Shown: positions 20,912-32,000 of the stretch, in pieces
Numbering within the stretch: position 1 is the stretch's first letter
Layout of the letters: every line of letters begins with the position of its first letter
DNA from: a cyanobacterium endosymbiont of Braarudosphaera bigelowii
GTDB taxonomy: Bacteria; Cyanobacteriota; Cyanobacteriia; Cyanobacteriales; Microcystaceae
NCBI RefSeq assembly: GCF_020885515.1
Contig: NZ_AP024987.1
Location: forward strand, 930,001-962,000
Direction of reading: 5' to 3'
DNA: 32,000 nt
The notes under the pieces: generated by a model
Told to the model about the DNA's origin: nothing
The model's database searches: none
Seen by the model: only the letters and a program-made list of their open reading frames with translations
Made by a program: the position numbers and the translations under genes

Positions 20912-22204
20912 TTATTTAATATTAATCTTACTAAAGTGAGATATCTCTTCGTTCAAAATTTCTAAAGCTTTATCAAATTGAGGATCGCCCAAGTACCCTA
21001 TTTTTTCTCTAGACTGCTGTAAATCCTTTCTTTCTTTATCAGTTAACTCTATTAGAATATCAGGCTCAATTCCTTGTTTATTAATATCTCGACCACTAGG
21101 TGTTAAGTATTTAGCTATAGTTACGGCTAATCCTGAAGAACCGTCTCCTAAACGTCTAACCGATTGAACTAATCCTTTACCAAAAGTTTTAGTTCCTACT
21201 AAAGTAGCTCTATTATTGTCTTGCAAAGCTCCTGACAAAATTTCGCTAGCACTTGCTGAACCACCATCTATGAGTATTACTAAAGGTTTATTTGTTAAAG
21301 CTCTATTAGTAGCTCTTTGTGCTTCTACTTCTCCACTACGACTAACTGTCGAAACAATTTTTCCTTTATCAAGCCACATTCTTGCTATTTCTACACTTGC
21401 ATAAAGTAAACCTCCTGGATTAGATCTTAAATCTAAAATATAACCTTTGACCTTAGCCGTCTCAGCTTTCCGAATTGAATCACGCATTTCTTTTCCAGCA
21501 TGAGCACTAAATTGAACTAAGCGAATATACCCAACCTTCCCAGAAGATGTTTTTTGAATACGAGACTTTACTGGATGAAGTTCAATTCTAGCTCTAACAA
21601 TAGGATAGCTAAATTCTTGGTTAGTACGGCGAATTGTCAATATTACTTTGCTACCTGGTTTTCCTCTAATAAGTTGGACTGCATCTTCTACTTCCATTCC
21701 TTCTGTAACTTTACCATTAATTTTAGTTATGACGTCTCTGGATAGTATTCCTGCTTTAAATGCTGGCGTATCTTCTATAGGTGCAACAACAGTTAGTTCT
21801 TTTGTTTCTTCGTCCTTAGTTATTTGTATACCGACTCCAGTAAGTTCTCCCGAAGTATCAATCTGCATATTTTTAAACTCTTCTGGATCCATGAAACGAG
21901 TATATGGATCGCCAAGTTGCTCTAGCATCTCACGAATTGCTTTATATGCTTCTTCTTTAGTTTGATAAGACTGAGAATCTCCAACAACGTAATCTTGGCG
22001 AACTGCAAGCCAGTCTACCTGATTAAAAGTATCATCAACATATGTATCGTTGATTATATGCCATACTTCATCGACAAGTCTTTTAGGGTTATCTTCTAAA
22101 TAAGCCAAACTACGGGAAAGATGAACTCCTGATCCAGTGACAGCGACAGTAGTCAAAATCGCAGCAGTTGCACCTAGTATCAACCCTTTTTTATAATTAA
22201 TCAT
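20912..22204 (-). CDS. Carboxyl-terminal processing protease (peptidase S41, Ctp family) with PDZ domain
   Basis: Signal-like N-terminus, ELTGVGIQITKDEETKELTVVAPIEDTPAFKAGI (PDZ), GYILDLRSNPGGLL, DGGSASASEILSGALQDN and GTKTFGKGLVQ catalytic motifs. Confidence 0.95.
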   Translation of the reverse strand: MINYKKGLILGATAAILTTVAVTGSGVHLSRSLAYLEDNPKRLVDEVWHIINDTYVDDTFNQVDWLAVRQDYVVGDSQSYQTKEEAYKAIREMLEQLGDPYTRFMDPEEFKNMQIDTSGELTGVGIQITKDEETKELTVVAPIEDTPAFKAGILSRDVITKINGKVTEGMEVEDAVQLIRGKPGSKVILTIRRTNQEFSYPIVRARIELHPVKSRIQKTSSGKVGYIRLVQFSAHAGKEMRDSIRKAETAKVKGYILDLRSNPGGLLYASVEIARMWLDKGKIVSTVSRSGEVEAQRATNRALTNKPLVILIDGGSASASEILSGALQDNNRATLVGTKTFGKGLVQSVRRLGDGSSGLAVTIAKYLTPSGRDINKQGIEPDILIELTDKERKDLQQSREKIGYLGDPQFDKALEILNEEISHFSKINIK

Positions 22205-22404
22205 AGACTAAGTATATATTTATTAAACTTACACGAGTTTTCAGTACTAATCCTAAAATAAAAAGTTGTCTGAACTATACTTGAATAGTCATATTCTAGA
22301 CTTTTTTTACACTACTTAGTTAAACTTAATCTTATTGATTTGTTTTCCAATAAATTAGCACTATTTGAGTATAACATTTTCTGAATATTGATGATTATAG
22401 TTTA

Positions 22405-23238
22405 ATGATAGATGGTAACTTGAGTACTTTTAACTTTTTTGAAAAAGATCGTAGGACTTTGTATTATAAACAAAAATTAAAGGTATTACAGAAAGGATGG
22501 AGGTTACTAATCTCTTTTTTCTTAACTGGAGGGCTATTATATAGCAGTAGTCTACCTTATTGGCTAATTCGTAATCAGTCACAAATTAGAATTATAGGAA
22601 ATCAACTATTATCAGAATCTGACATTCTAAAAATGTTAGACATCAGTTATCCTCAATTAATTTGGAAACTACCCATTCACCAGCTAAGAGAAAATCTTAA
22701 ACCTCAACCTTCTCTTGAAAATGTCTATATTATACGTAGTTTGCTACCGGCAAAAATCAAAATTATAGTTAAAGAGAGAAGACCAGTCGCTTTTGCTCTT
22801 ATGGCAGAAAAAAAAGGTTTCCTTGACTCTTTAGGAATTTGGATATCGAGTGAATTCTACAATTTAGAATATGAAACTATATCCTCTGTTAAACTAAAAG
22901 TTTTTGGTCAAAAACAGCGATCTTTTATCTCCTGGAAAAATATTTATCCTCTATCTTTATATTCTCCTATCAAAATTAAAAATTTTAATTTGCAAGATTC
23001 CAATAACCTAATTTTAGACACTGAGTTAGGAATAGTGCATTATGGAATATATGATAAAACTTTTTCAAAAAAACTTATGGCACTAGGCAAGATGAAAGGA
23101 TTGTCTTTCAAAAATAAAACAGAATTATTAGATTACATAGAAGTGTATAGCTTTGACTCACCATCAATCTACTACAAGCCTTATATATCTTCAAATCAGA
23201 AGAACTTACCTACCACTAAAAGATATATATATTATTAA
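22405..23238 (+). CDS. ftsQ: Cell division protein FtsQ (POTRA domain)
   Basis: 277 aa, single N-terminal TM (LLISFFLTGGLLYSS), IRIIGNQLLSESDILKML POTRA-like segment, PSLENVYIIRSLLPAKIKIIVKERRPVA; directly upstream of ftsZ. Confidence 0.88.
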   Translation: MIDGNLSTFNFFEKDRRTLYYKQKLKVLQKGWRLLISFFLTGGLLYSSSLPYWLIRNQSQIRIIGNQLLSESDILKMLDISYPQLIWKLPIHQLRENLKPQPSLENVYIIRSLLPAKIKIIVKERRPVAFALMAEKKGFLDSLGIWISSEFYNLEYETISSVKLKVFGQKQRSFISWKNIYPLSLYSPIKIKNFNLQDSNNLILDTELGIVHYGIYDKTFSKKLMALGKMKGLSFKNKTELLDYIEVYSFDSPSIYYKPYISSNQKNLPTTKRYIYY

Positions 23239-23289
23239 TAATATATAGCGATTCAAGTGTCCTTAATGATACACTGATTCCTGAAATTT

Positions 23290-24591
23290 TTGATTAAAAT
23301 AACTAATTCGATATTCGATATGGATACTTCTAATAGCAAATTAATGAATGATTATTTTGGTTTTAATCACAATGACAAATCTTTACCATCAAATAAAATA
23401 AAAAGTCATCTTAGAAACAATCATGATTTATCTTTCTCACAAGGTAACTTGTCTTCAACAAGTTTTTCAGAAAATAATGAAAAAGGACAAATAATACCAA
23501 ATAGTACTGCAAGAATTAAAGTTATTGGAGTAGGTGGAGGAGGATGTAATGCAGTTGACAGAATGGTTGAAAGTTCATTAACAGGTATTGACTTTTGGAC
23601 TATTAATACTGATGCTCAAGCCCTTAGTCAATCTTTAGCTCCTAATCGTATACAAATTGGGAAAAAATTAACTAAGGGATTAGGAGCTGGGGGTAATCCT
23701 AATATTGGTAAAGAAGCTGCCATCGAATCTCGTGAAGAAATTACAGAAGCCCTTCAAGACACTGATTTAGTATTTGTTACTGCAGGGATGGGTGGTGGCA
23801 CAGGAACTGGAGCAGCTTCTGTAGTAGCAGAAATAGCAAAAGAACAGGGTTGCCTCACCATTGGAGTTGTAACTCGTCCTTTTGATTTTGAAGGTAGAAG
23901 ACGTATGGTACAAGCACGTCAAGGTATTGAGGAATTAACTAATAATGTAGATACTTTAATCGTTATACCTAACAATAAATTGCTACAAGTAATTGATCAA
24001 GAGACCTCACTTAAACAAGCATTCCTTTTTGCTGATGATATCCTAAGGCAAGGAGTGCAGGGAATATCTGACATTATAACTATCCCAGGATTAGTTAATG
24101 TAGATTTTGCTGATGTTAGAGCGATTATGTCTGATGCAGGTTCTGCTTTAATGGGTAGTGGAAATGGTTCTGGTAAATCACGTGCTCTTGATGCAGCCTC
24201 CTTAGCTATTTCTTCTCCATTATTAGAACATTCCATTCGAGGAGCAAAAGGAGTAGTCCTCAATATAACGGGTAGTAGTGACCTTACTTTGCATGAAGTA
24301 AGCATTGCTTCAAAAGCTATATACGAAAAGGTTGTAGATAATACTGATGCTAATGTAATTTTCGGTGCGGTAATAGATGAAGAACTGCAGGGAGAAATAC
24401 GTATAACAGTAATTGCAACTGGGTTTAGCCGAAGCAAGGATTCTGAAGAAAACTTAGAAATGGTATCTAGCGATGATATTAATACCTTAAAAAATTCTTT
24501 CGCTACTCCAGAACAGAAAATACACTCTATAGATCTAGGTGGAATAGATATTCCTTCTTTCTTATCTAATCGTCGTGATACTTCTGAATAA
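23290..24591 (+). CDS. ftsZ: Cell division protein FtsZ (start may be the internal Met near 23320)
   Basis: [41 protein letters not shown] tubulin signature, C-terminal [11 protein letters not shown]. Confidence 0.98.
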   Translation: MIKITNSIFDMDTSNSKLMNDYFGFNHNDKSLPSNKIKSHLRNNHDLSFSQGNLSSTSFSENNEKGQIIPNSTARIKVIGVGGGGCNAVDRMVESSLTGIDFWTINTDAQALSQSLAPNRIQIGKKLTKGLGAGGNPNIGKEAAIESREEITEALQDTDLVFVTAGMGGGTGTGAASVVAEIAKEQGCLTIGVVTRPFDFEGRRRMVQARQGIEELTNNVDTLIVIPNNKLLQVIDQETSLKQAFLFADDILRQGVQGISDIITIPGLVNVDFADVRAIMSDAGSALMGSGNGSGKSRALDAASLAISSPLLEHSIRGAKGVVLNITGSSDLTLHEVSIASKAIYEKVVDNTDANVIFGAVIDEELQGEIRITVIATGFSRSKDSEENLEMVSSDDINTLKNSFATPEQKIHSIDLGGIDIPSFLSNRRDTSE

Positions 24592-24995
24592 TAATATTTC
24601 ACTTTTATAAAAAAAACTGAATTCTGTTTGAATTATTATTTATTAATAATAATATGGCTAATGTATAATTAAATAATTCTTTACAAATAATGTAATTCAA
24701 AGAATAATACTAATGTGACTTAATAAGAAACGTAAAATCTTTTTACATGAATTAAGAATACTCAACCAAATAGTATTAAACGAAGCACAGAAATTGAAAA
24801 ATTAGATTGCTAACTATAAAATCTTTTATTTAGTTACAGATTTAAAACTTACCTCTATGTAGTAAATAATCTTTGATTTTATCCAAAAAAATGACATTAT
24901 TTTTTAATACTTTACCTTTAAAGGACTAATATATATGTAAGGTAAGAAATAATTTTTTTGTTTTAAAAAGGCTTACATCTACATGTAAATAAAAA

Positions 24996-25784
24996 ATGTT
25001 AGATTACATTCTTATATTGAGTATTAGTGGGCTGCTTTCTGGATTATTAGCAGGAGTTTTAGGGATAGGAGGAGGAGCTATTCTAGTTTCCTTACTACTG
25101 GCATTCCAAAATACACCATTGCAAGCAGTTGCTACTAGTAGCGTGGCTATTGTAATTATTGCTTTTTCAGGTAGTTTACAAAATCGTCGAATGGGGAATC
25201 TAAGTTTACAGAAAGTTTTTTTACTAGGAACACCAGCAATTATAACAGCGCAAATTGGTGTAAAAATTGCTAACTATATTCCTGAGTATTGGTTGTTACT
25301 TTTATTTAGCATTCTTTTAACTTTTAATATCTTTTTATATAGTTACCGGCGTTATTTAACTAAAGTGATATATAAAGAGAATAACTCTGTTTTTATATAT
25401 CACTTTTTAAGCTTATTCACAGGAGGAATAGGCGGTTTACTAGCTGGTTTATTTGGAATTGGAGGAGGAATAATTATGGTTCCTCTACAAATTTTATTAT
25501 TGCGAGAAACCATGCAGATATCAATTCAAAACAGCTTAGGTGTAATTTTTATTACTTCAATTTCTTCCAGTATAGGCCATGCTTTAAACGATAATGTACT
25601 CTGGCTTACTGGCTTTATCTTGGGATGTGGGGGAGTGTTAGGAGTACAAATGGGCACACGTATATTATCAAAATTGTCAAATAGAATGATAACCTTTGGT
25701 TTTCATCTGGTGTCGATCATAATATCTATATATACTTTTAAGCAAGCATGGTTCAGTTATTTAAATTTTTTAGAAGTAAATTAA
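24996..25784 (+). CDS. TauE/SafE family (sulfite exporter-like) membrane permease
   Basis: 262 aa, repeated GLLAGVLGIGGGAILVSLLL / GLLAGLFGIGGGIIMVPLQILLL motifs and multiple TM helices. Confidence 0.88.
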   Translation: MLDYILILSISGLLSGLLAGVLGIGGGAILVSLLLAFQNTPLQAVATSSVAIVIIAFSGSLQNRRMGNLSLQKVFLLGTPAIITAQIGVKIANYIPEYWLLLLFSILLTFNIFLYSYRRYLTKVIYKENNSVFIYHFLSLFTGGIGGLLAGLFGIGGGIIMVPLQILLLRETMQISIQNSLGVIFITSISSSIGHALNDNVLWLTGFILGCGGVLGVQMGTRILSKLSNRMITFGFHLVSIIISIYTFKQAWFSYLNFLEVN

Positions 25785-26012
25785 AGAGAAGATTTGAATA
25801 TATGAATTATCTTAACTTTTTATCAATTTTTGATCTCTTACTAACTAGTCAAGTGAGTAATATTGATTCCTCTTCTAATAAACTCTTTCCGACAGAATAG
25901 ATGAAAATTTTTCACAAAGAAGATAGTATGTATATAAATTGAATAATTATTCTAGATTAAATCGAGAAATCATAAAATAGCTACACAATAAAACGATATT
26001 ACATTTATAAAT

Positions 26013-29000
26013 TTGCCTATGCCACGCCGGGATGACTTGAAAAAAATTATGATTTTAGGAGCAGGTCCTATTGTGATTGGACAAGCTTGTGAATTTGACT
26101 ATTCTGGTACTCAAGCTTGTAAGGCTCTAAGAGAAGAAGGCTATGAAGTTGTGTTAGTCAATTCTAATCCAGCTTCGATCATGACTGATCCTGAAATGTC
26201 TGATCGAACTTATATTGAACCTCTTGTTCCTGATATAGTCGAAAAAATTATTGCTAAAGAACTTCCGGATGCATTACTAGCAACGATGGGAGGACAGACT
26301 GCACTTAACATAGCTGTATCTTTAGCTAAAAGTGGAGTCTTACAAAAATACAATGTTGAATTAATTGGAGCAAAGCTGTCAGCTATTGAAAAGGCAGAAG
26401 ATAGGGAATTATTTAAACAAGCAATGAATAATGTTGGAGTCCCTGTCTGTCCTTCTGGTATTGCCAATACTTTAGAAGAAGCCGAACAAATTGCAATTGA
26501 TATTGGCTCTTATCCTTTAATTATTCGTCCTGCATTTACCTTAGGAGGTACAGGAGGGGGCATCGCTTATAATCAAGAAGAATTTGGAAGTGTTGTACAA
26601 CTCGGTTTAGATGCATCTCCAGTATCTCAAATATTAGTAGAACAATCATTGCTAGGATGGAAAGAGTATGAGTTGGAAGTAATGCGAGATTTAGCAGATA
26701 ATGTTGTCATTATCTGTTCTATTGAAAATTTTGATCCAATGGGAGTACATACAGGGGATTCGATTACAGTTGCACCAGCTCAAACTTTAACAGATAAAGA
26801 GTATCAAAAGTTGAGAGATTATTCTAAATTAATAATTAGAGAAATAGGTGTAGAAACAGGAGGTGCCAATATCCAGTTTTCTGTAAATCCTTTGAATGGT
26901 GATATGATCGTTATCGAGATGAATCCTCGTGTTTCTCGCTCATCTGCTCTAGCTTCTAAAGCTACAGGATTCCCTATTGCTAAGTTTGCCGCTAAGCTCG
27001 CTGTTGGTTATATTCTTAATGAAATTAAGAATGATATAACTAGAAAAACTCCAGCTTCATTTGAGCCAACTCTCGATTATATAGTAACAAAAATACCACG
27101 ATTTGCTTTTGAGAAATTTCCTGGTTCTCAAGCAATTTTGACTACTCAAATGAAATCAGTGGGAGAAGTTATGGCTATTGGTCGTACTTTTCAAGAATCT
27201 TTCCAAAAAGCTTTAAGATCATTAGAAACAGGATGTCATGGTTTTACTTGTGATCAAACCTCAGATTTCTCCTCTTTATCCGAAGTACGTTCTAAACTAG
27301 AAATTTCAAGTCCTGATAGAATTTTTTTAATTTATAAAGCCTTAAAATTAGGTATGACGATAGAAGAAATTCATGAATTAACTGCTATTGATATGTGGTT
27401 TCTAGATAAATTAAGAGATATTTTTAATACTGAAAAATATCTTAAGCAGTTTATTCTCAAGGATATAAGCAAAGTACAAATGAGATTAGTCAAGCAAAAA
27501 GGTTTTAGCGATTATCAAATAGCTCAAATTACTGAAACTACAGAAAATGAAGTTAGAGAATATCGTAAAAGTTTAGGTGTTATTCCAGTATATAAAGTCG
27601 TAGATACTTGTGCTGCTGAATTCGAAGCATTTACTCCTTATTATTACTCTACATATGAATTAGAAGATACAGAAGTTTTATCGACTCAAAAGCCTAAAAT
27701 AATGATTTTAGGTGGGGGGCCTAATCGTATTGGACAAGGAATAGAGTTTGATTATTGTTGCTGTCATGCTTCCTTTGCCCTTACTGAGGCTGGTTATGAA
27801 ACTATAATGGTTAATTCTAATCCAGAAACTGTATCCACAGACTATGATACAAGTGATCGTTTATATTTTGAGCCCTTAACAAAGGAAGACATTTTAAATA
27901 TTATTGAAGTGGAAAATCCTGAAGGAGTTATCATTCAATTTGGGGGACAGACCCCATTAAAGCTTGCGGTCCCATTACAAAAATATTTTGACAGTCCAAA
28001 TTGTTCTGTTCAGACAAAAATATGGGGAACCTCTCCTGATTCTATTGATTTAGCAGAAGATAGAGAGCGCTTTGAAAAAATATTATATGATCTTGAAATT
28101 AAGAAGCCTCCTAGTGGAATTGCTCGTAGTTTTGAGCAGTCTTTAAATATTGCTTCTCATATTGGATACCCTGTAGTAGTTCGTCCCTCTTATGTATTAG
28201 GAGGACGAGCTATGCAAATTGTTTTTTCTGATAAAGAACTACAACACTATATGAATTATGCAATTCAAGTAGAACCTGATCATCCAATTTTAATTGATAA
28301 ATTTTTAGAGAATGCTATTGAAGTCGATGTTGATGCTCTATGTGACAAGACTGGTATGGTAGTCATTGGAGGAATAATGGAACACATTGAGCAAGCAGGC
28401 ATACATTCTGGGGATTCAGCTTGCTCAATTCCTTTCATAACACTCTCTCAAAAAGTACTTAATATTATTCGTGGTTGGACATCTCAATTGGCAAATAGTT
28501 TAAAAGTTATTGGACTAATTAATATTCAGTATGCAGTACAGGGAGAAGAAGTTTATATCTTAGAAGCCAATCCACGTGCATCTCGTACTGTTCCATATGT
28601 ATCTAAAACTACGGGAAGACCTCTTGCAAAAATTGCTTCCTTGCTCATTTCAGGAAAAACTTTGTGTGAATTAGGCGTGCATACAGAACTTATTCCTCGC
28701 TATGTTTCTGTTAAAGAAGCTGTTTTACCTTTTCAAAAATTTCCTGGGACAGATACTTTGCTAGGACCAGAGATGCGTTCTACAGGTGAAGTTATGGGTA
28801 TAGATAATGATTTTGGTAAAGCGTTTGCAAAAGCAGCAATTGCCTCTGGCGTAAATTTACCTATTAGTGGAACCGTTTTTATTTCCACTAGCGATATAGA
28901 TAAAATTCTAACTGTTCCAATAGCTAAAAATTTAGAAGAATTAGGATTTAAAATAGTTGCAACATTAGGCACTCAAAAAGTCTTAGAAAATAATGGAATC

Positions 29001-29264
29001 AAAGGAGTAGAAATAGTTCCAAAGCTTCATGAAGGTCGTCCCCATGTTATTGACTGGATTAAGAATAAAAAAATTCAACTTATTATAAACACTCCAAATG
29101 GAGAAGAATCACAGGTAGATGCGCAAAAAATCAGAAGAACAGCATTAGATTATCAATTACCAGTAGTTACAACAATAGCTGGTGCGAAAGCTACAGTTAC
29201 TGCTATTCGTTCTTTACAAAGTCAACCTCTTAAAGTTAAAGCATTACAAGACTATATCTGCTAA
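26013..29264 (+). CDS. carB: Carbamoyl-phosphate synthase large chain
   Basis: 1083 aa; [31 protein letters not shown], duplicated ATP-grasp halves (second half [23 protein letters not shown]). Confidence 0.98.
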   Translation: MPMPRRDDLKKIMILGAGPIVIGQACEFDYSGTQACKALREEGYEVVLVNSNPASIMTDPEMSDRTYIEPLVPDIVEKIIAKELPDALLATMGGQTALNIAVSLAKSGVLQKYNVELIGAKLSAIEKAEDRELFKQAMNNVGVPVCPSGIANTLEEAEQIAIDIGSYPLIIRPAFTLGGTGGGIAYNQEEFGSVVQLGLDASPVSQILVEQSLLGWKEYELEVMRDLADNVVIICSIENFDPMGVHTGDSITVAPAQTLTDKEYQKLRDYSKLIIREIGVETGGANIQFSVNPLNGDMIVIEMNPRVSRSSALASKATGFPIAKFAAKLAVGYILNEIKNDITRKTPASFEPTLDYIVTKIPRFAFEKFPGSQAILTTQMKSVGEVMAIGRTFQESFQKALRSLETGCHGFTCDQTSDFSSLSEVRSKLEISSPDRIFLIYKALKLGMTIEEIHELTAIDMWFLDKLRDIFNTEKYLKQFILKDISKVQMRLVKQKGFSDYQIAQITETTENEVREYRKSLGVIPVYKVVDTCAAEFEAFTPYYYSTYELEDTEVLSTQKPKIMILGGGPNRIGQGIEFDYCCCHASFALTEAGYETIMVNSNPETVSTDYDTSDRLYFEPLTKEDILNIIEVENPEGVIIQFGGQTPLKLAVPLQKYFDSPNCSVQTKIWGTSPDSIDLAEDRERFEKILYDLEIKKPPSGIARSFEQSLNIASHIGYPVVVRPSYVLGGRAMQIVFSDKELQHYMNYAIQVEPDHPILIDKFLENAIEVDVDALCDKTGMVVIGGIMEHIEQAGIHSGDSACSIPFITLSQKVLNIIRGWTSQLANSLKVIGLINIQYAVQGEEVYILEANPRASRTVPYVSKTTGRPLAKIASLLISGKTLCELGVHTELIPRYVSVKEAVLPFQKFPGTDTLLGPEMRSTGEVMGIDNDFGKAFAKAAIASGVNLPISGTVFISTSDIDKILTVPIAKNLEELGFKIVATLGTQKVLENNGIKGVEIVPKLHEGRPHVIDWIKNKKIQLIINTPNGEESQVDAQKIRRTALDYQLPVVTTIAGAKATVTAIRSLQSQPLKVKALQDYIC

Positions 29265-29657
29265 TATTCTATAGTATTTTTTAGTGGTAAAGATTCTTAG
29301 TTTATACTTAAATTTAAAGATATTTCATAGAATTGTAATAACAAAACACATCATGTTTTATACAATATATTGACTCGGGTTTATATGAATAATTTCTGTG
29401 GGACTTGCTATAAAGAACATTCTTATATAAATAGAAATATCTTCTATAAAAAGTCTACTTAATTACTAATAATTAATAGTATGTTTTTTTATTATTACTC
29501 TAGTAATATTAGCAGTCTTATAACTTCCATGATATTTTTATTAGCAATTAAGGTAATATTTGCAGATATATACTACAGACTCTAACTCTAGAAGTATTTT
29601 AATATATGACAAAGTAGAATTATTATTCTAAGATCTATTAATTTAAAATTTGATTAT

Positions 29658-31016
29658 ATGACATTACCCATTGTTGCAATTATTGGACGTCCTAATGTAG
29701 GTAAATCAACATTAGTTAATCGTTTGGCAAAAGACCGACAAGCAATTGTTCATGATGAACCAGGAATTACCCGCGATCGCACTTATCGGCAAGCTTTTTG
29801 GCGTACTCATGATTTCCTTGTAGTAGACACAGGGGGTTTAGTATTTAATGATAATACTGAATTTCTTCCTTTAATTCGAGAGCAGGCCATGACAGCATTA
29901 AGTGAGGCTCATGTGGCTGTTTTTGTAGTAGATGGACAATTAGGACCTACTGCAGGAGATTATGAAATAGGAGGCTGGTTGAGACAACAAAAAGTTCCAG
30001 TGTTACTTGTAGTTAATAAGTGTGAATCCCCTGAATATGGCTTGATACAAGCAGCACAGTTTTGGGAGTTAGGGTTAGGAGAACCTTATCCAATTTCAGG
30101 AATTCATGGAAATGGAACAGGAGAATTTTTAGATAAACTTATTTTAAATTTACCATCTTCTAATAGTATATTTAATACTGAAGAAATAAATGTTTCTATT
30201 GTTGGACGTCCTAATGTAGGTAAATCAAGTCTTCTAAACGCATTCTTAGGAGAGAATAGAGCTATTGTTAGTCCTATCTCTGGTACTACAAGAGATACCA
30301 TTGATACAGTTGTAGAACGCAAAGGAAAAGTTTATCGTTTAGTTGATACAGCAGGAATTCGTCGTAAAAAGAATGTTGAATATGGGGCTGAATTCTTTAG
30401 TATTAATCGAGCCTTTAAGGCAATCCGGAGAGCAGATGTAGTGTTACTAGTTATTGATGCTATTGATGGAGTCACAGAACAAGATATTAAGCTAGCAGAT
30501 CGTATTATTGAGGAAGGAAGATCAGCAATAATTGTTGTCAATAAATGGGATGCTGTGGAAAAAGATGCTTACACTATTTATTCACATAAAAAAAATGTAA
30601 TGAATCGATTATATTTCATGGAGTGGGCAGATATTATCTTTATTAGTGCAAAATCAGGACAACGCATTGAAAAAATTTTTCCTCTTGTAAATACAGCAGT
30701 AAAAGAGCATCGTCGCCGTATTAACACTTCTGTAATTAATGAAGTTTTGGAGGAAGCTATAAGATGGCATTCTCCTCCTACAACAAGACAGGGAAAGCAA
30801 GGTAAAATCTACTATGGAACTCAAGTATCTAATCAACCTCCAACTATCGTTTTATTTGTTAACGATCCTAAAAGATTTAATGATAATTACCGACGGTATA
30901 TAGAAGGTCAGTTTCGTCAACAAATTGGTTTTTCTGGAACTCCTATTCGCTTGCTCTGGAAAGGTAAAAAAATACGAGATGTTGAGTCGAAATTGGACCA
31001 TACGGTTAAGATTTAA
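29658..31016 (+). CDS. der: Ribosome biogenesis GTPase Der (EngA)
   Basis: Two GTPase domains, [18 protein letters not shown] and [18 protein letters not shown], with NKCE and NKWD motifs. Confidence 0.98.
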   Translation: MTLPIVAIIGRPNVGKSTLVNRLAKDRQAIVHDEPGITRDRTYRQAFWRTHDFLVVDTGGLVFNDNTEFLPLIREQAMTALSEAHVAVFVVDGQLGPTAGDYEIGGWLRQQKVPVLLVVNKCESPEYGLIQAAQFWELGLGEPYPISGIHGNGTGEFLDKLILNLPSSNSIFNTEEINVSIVGRPNVGKSSLLNAFLGENRAIVSPISGTTRDTIDTVVERKGKVYRLVDTAGIRRKKNVEYGAEFFSINRAFKAIRRADVVLLVIDAIDGVTEQDIKLADRIIEEGRSAIIVVNKWDAVEKDAYTIYSHKKNVMNRLYFMEWADIIFISAKSGQRIEKIFPLVNTAVKEHRRRINTSVINEVLEEAIRWHSPPTTRQGKQGKIYYGTQVSNQPPTIVLFVNDPKRFNDNYRRYIEGQFRQQIGFSGTPIRLLWKGKKIRDVESKLDHTVKI

Positions 31017-31017
31017 A

Positions 31018-31046
31018 AATTAAGATGATTTTTTATCATCTTAATT
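31018..31046 (+). terminator. 12-bp perfect hairpin immediately after the der stop codon
   Basis: AATTAAGATGAT (31018-31029), TTTTT, ATCATCTTAATT (31035-31046). Confidence 0.5.
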
Positions 31047-31195
31047 AACTTCTATAAACTTTAAATACTTAGTATTTATTAAATATGCTTATTGTTAATA
31101 TAAGATTTTTTAAGCAACAATTTAGTAAATGCAATTGTTTTGAGATAATGAAGAGGATTGAAATTATTTTATGAAGTGTGTATGAGGAGAAATTT

Positions 31196-32000
31196 ATGAA
31201 ACTTGCTTATTGGATGTATGCTGGACCAGCCCATATTGGTACCCTTCGTATTGCTAGTTCTTTCCATAATGTTCATGCAATTATGCATGCACCTCTTGGT
31301 GACGACTACTTTAATGTTATGAGATCTATGTTGGAAAGAGAAAGAAATTTTACCCCTGTTACTACAAGTGTAGTAGACCGTAATGTTTTAGCTCGCGGAT
31401 CTCAAGAGAAAGTTATTGATAATATTGTTAGGAAAGATCAAGAAGAAAGTCCGGATCTTATTGTCTTAACTCCTACATGCACTTCAAGTATTCTGCAAGA
31501 AGATTTAGGTAATTTTGTAGAACGTGCACAGATGGATACAAAGGGAGATGTTATTCTAGCTGACGTTAATCATTATCGTTACAATGAGTTGCAAGCAGCT
31601 GATAGAACTTTACATCAAATTGTAAAATTTTATCTAGATAAGGCAAAGAAAAAATGTGAATTGGCAATTGAAAAAACGGAAAATCCTTCTGTTAATATAA
31701 TAGGTATATCGACTCTTGGTTTCCATGCTAAGCATGATTGTACTGAATTACAAAAATTAATGAAAGATTTAGGAATTACTGTAAATATTATAATTCCTGA
31801 CCAGGCATCAGTTCACGATTTAAAAAATCTAACTAAAGCATGGTTCAATTTAGTTCCTTACAGAGAGTTAGGATTAAGTGTTGCCAAATATTTAGATTCG
31901 GAATTTGATATTCCCTATGTTGATATAACACCGATAGGAGTTGTTGAAACTGCAAAGTGTATTCGCAAAATTCAGCAAATAATCAATACACAAGGTAAAG
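31196..32000 (+). CDS. chlB: Light-independent protochlorophyllide reductase subunit B (partial, truncated by window edge)
   Basis: Own translation from ATG 31196 (preceded by GAGGAGA): [73 protein letters not shown]..., characteristic of ChlB/BchB; open to the right edge. Confidence 0.97.
   Translation, partial: MKLAYWMYAGPAHIGTLRIASSFHNVHAIMHAPLGDDYFNVMRSMLERERNFTPVTTSVVDRNVLARGSQEKVIDNIVRKDQEESPDLIVLTPTCTSSILQEDLGNFVERAQMDTKGDVILADVNHYRYNELQAADRTLHQIVKFYLDKAKKKCELAIEKTENPSVNIIGISTLGFHAKHDCTELQKLMKDLGITVNIIIPDQASVHDLKNLTKAWFNLVPYRELGLSVAKYLDSEFDIPYVDITPIGVVETAKCIRKIQQIINTQGK

Noticed and set aside
21216-21965. Three small + strand ORFs (21216-21404, 21554-21745, 21648-21965)
   Set aside because: All are antisense to the well-supported Ctp protease.
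23997-24602. 201-aa - strand ORF
   Set aside because: Long, but fully antisense to the conserved ftsZ; composition is a mirror of the coding strand.
26210-28972. Minus-strand ORFs 26210-26467 and 28733-28972
   Set aside because: Antisense shadows of carB.
30104-30836. Minus-strand ORFs within der
   Set aside because: Antisense shadows of der.
1-32000. CRISPR, transposase/IS ends, phage genes, toxin-antitoxin, tRNA/rRNA, tandem repeat arrays
   Set aside because: Looked for regular repeat-spacer patterns, T-loop-like GGTTCGANTCC motifs in intergenic DNA and mobile-element proteins; none seen. A tRNAscan-SE/Infernal run would be needed to formally exclude small RNAs.

Overview
Very AT-rich cyanobacterial chromosomal window made up of core housekeeping genes. 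By inference it comes from a reduced-genome, Crocosphaera/Cyanothece-related lineage, possibly UCYN-A / Candidatus Atelocyanobacterium thalassa. Order left to right: conserved hypothetical (-), tsf (-), rpsB (-), LptF/LptG-type permease (-), topA (-), ribF (-), sqdX-like glycosyltransferase (+), ispF (+), clpB (+), small cupin (+), ftsI-type PBP (+), ndhD (-), DUF512/radical-SAM-like protein (+), single-TM hypothetical with FtsL-like topology (-), S41 C-terminal processing protease (-), ftsQ (+), ftsZ (+), TauE/SafE-like permease (+), carB (+), der (+) and a chlB truncated by the right edge (absent from the supplied ORF track). I found no phage, transposon, CRISPR, defence, rRNA or recognisable tRNA. 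The most interesting signals are non-coding: (i) a possible H-type pseudoknot directly upstream of the rpsB Shine-Dalgarno; (ii) several long perfect AT-rich inverted repeats in intergenic DNA (26, 30, 24, 16, 13 and 12 bp arms), including a 30-bp-arm palindrome between divergently transcribed ribF and sqdX that no annotated gene end explains. No convincing new multi-gene system is present.
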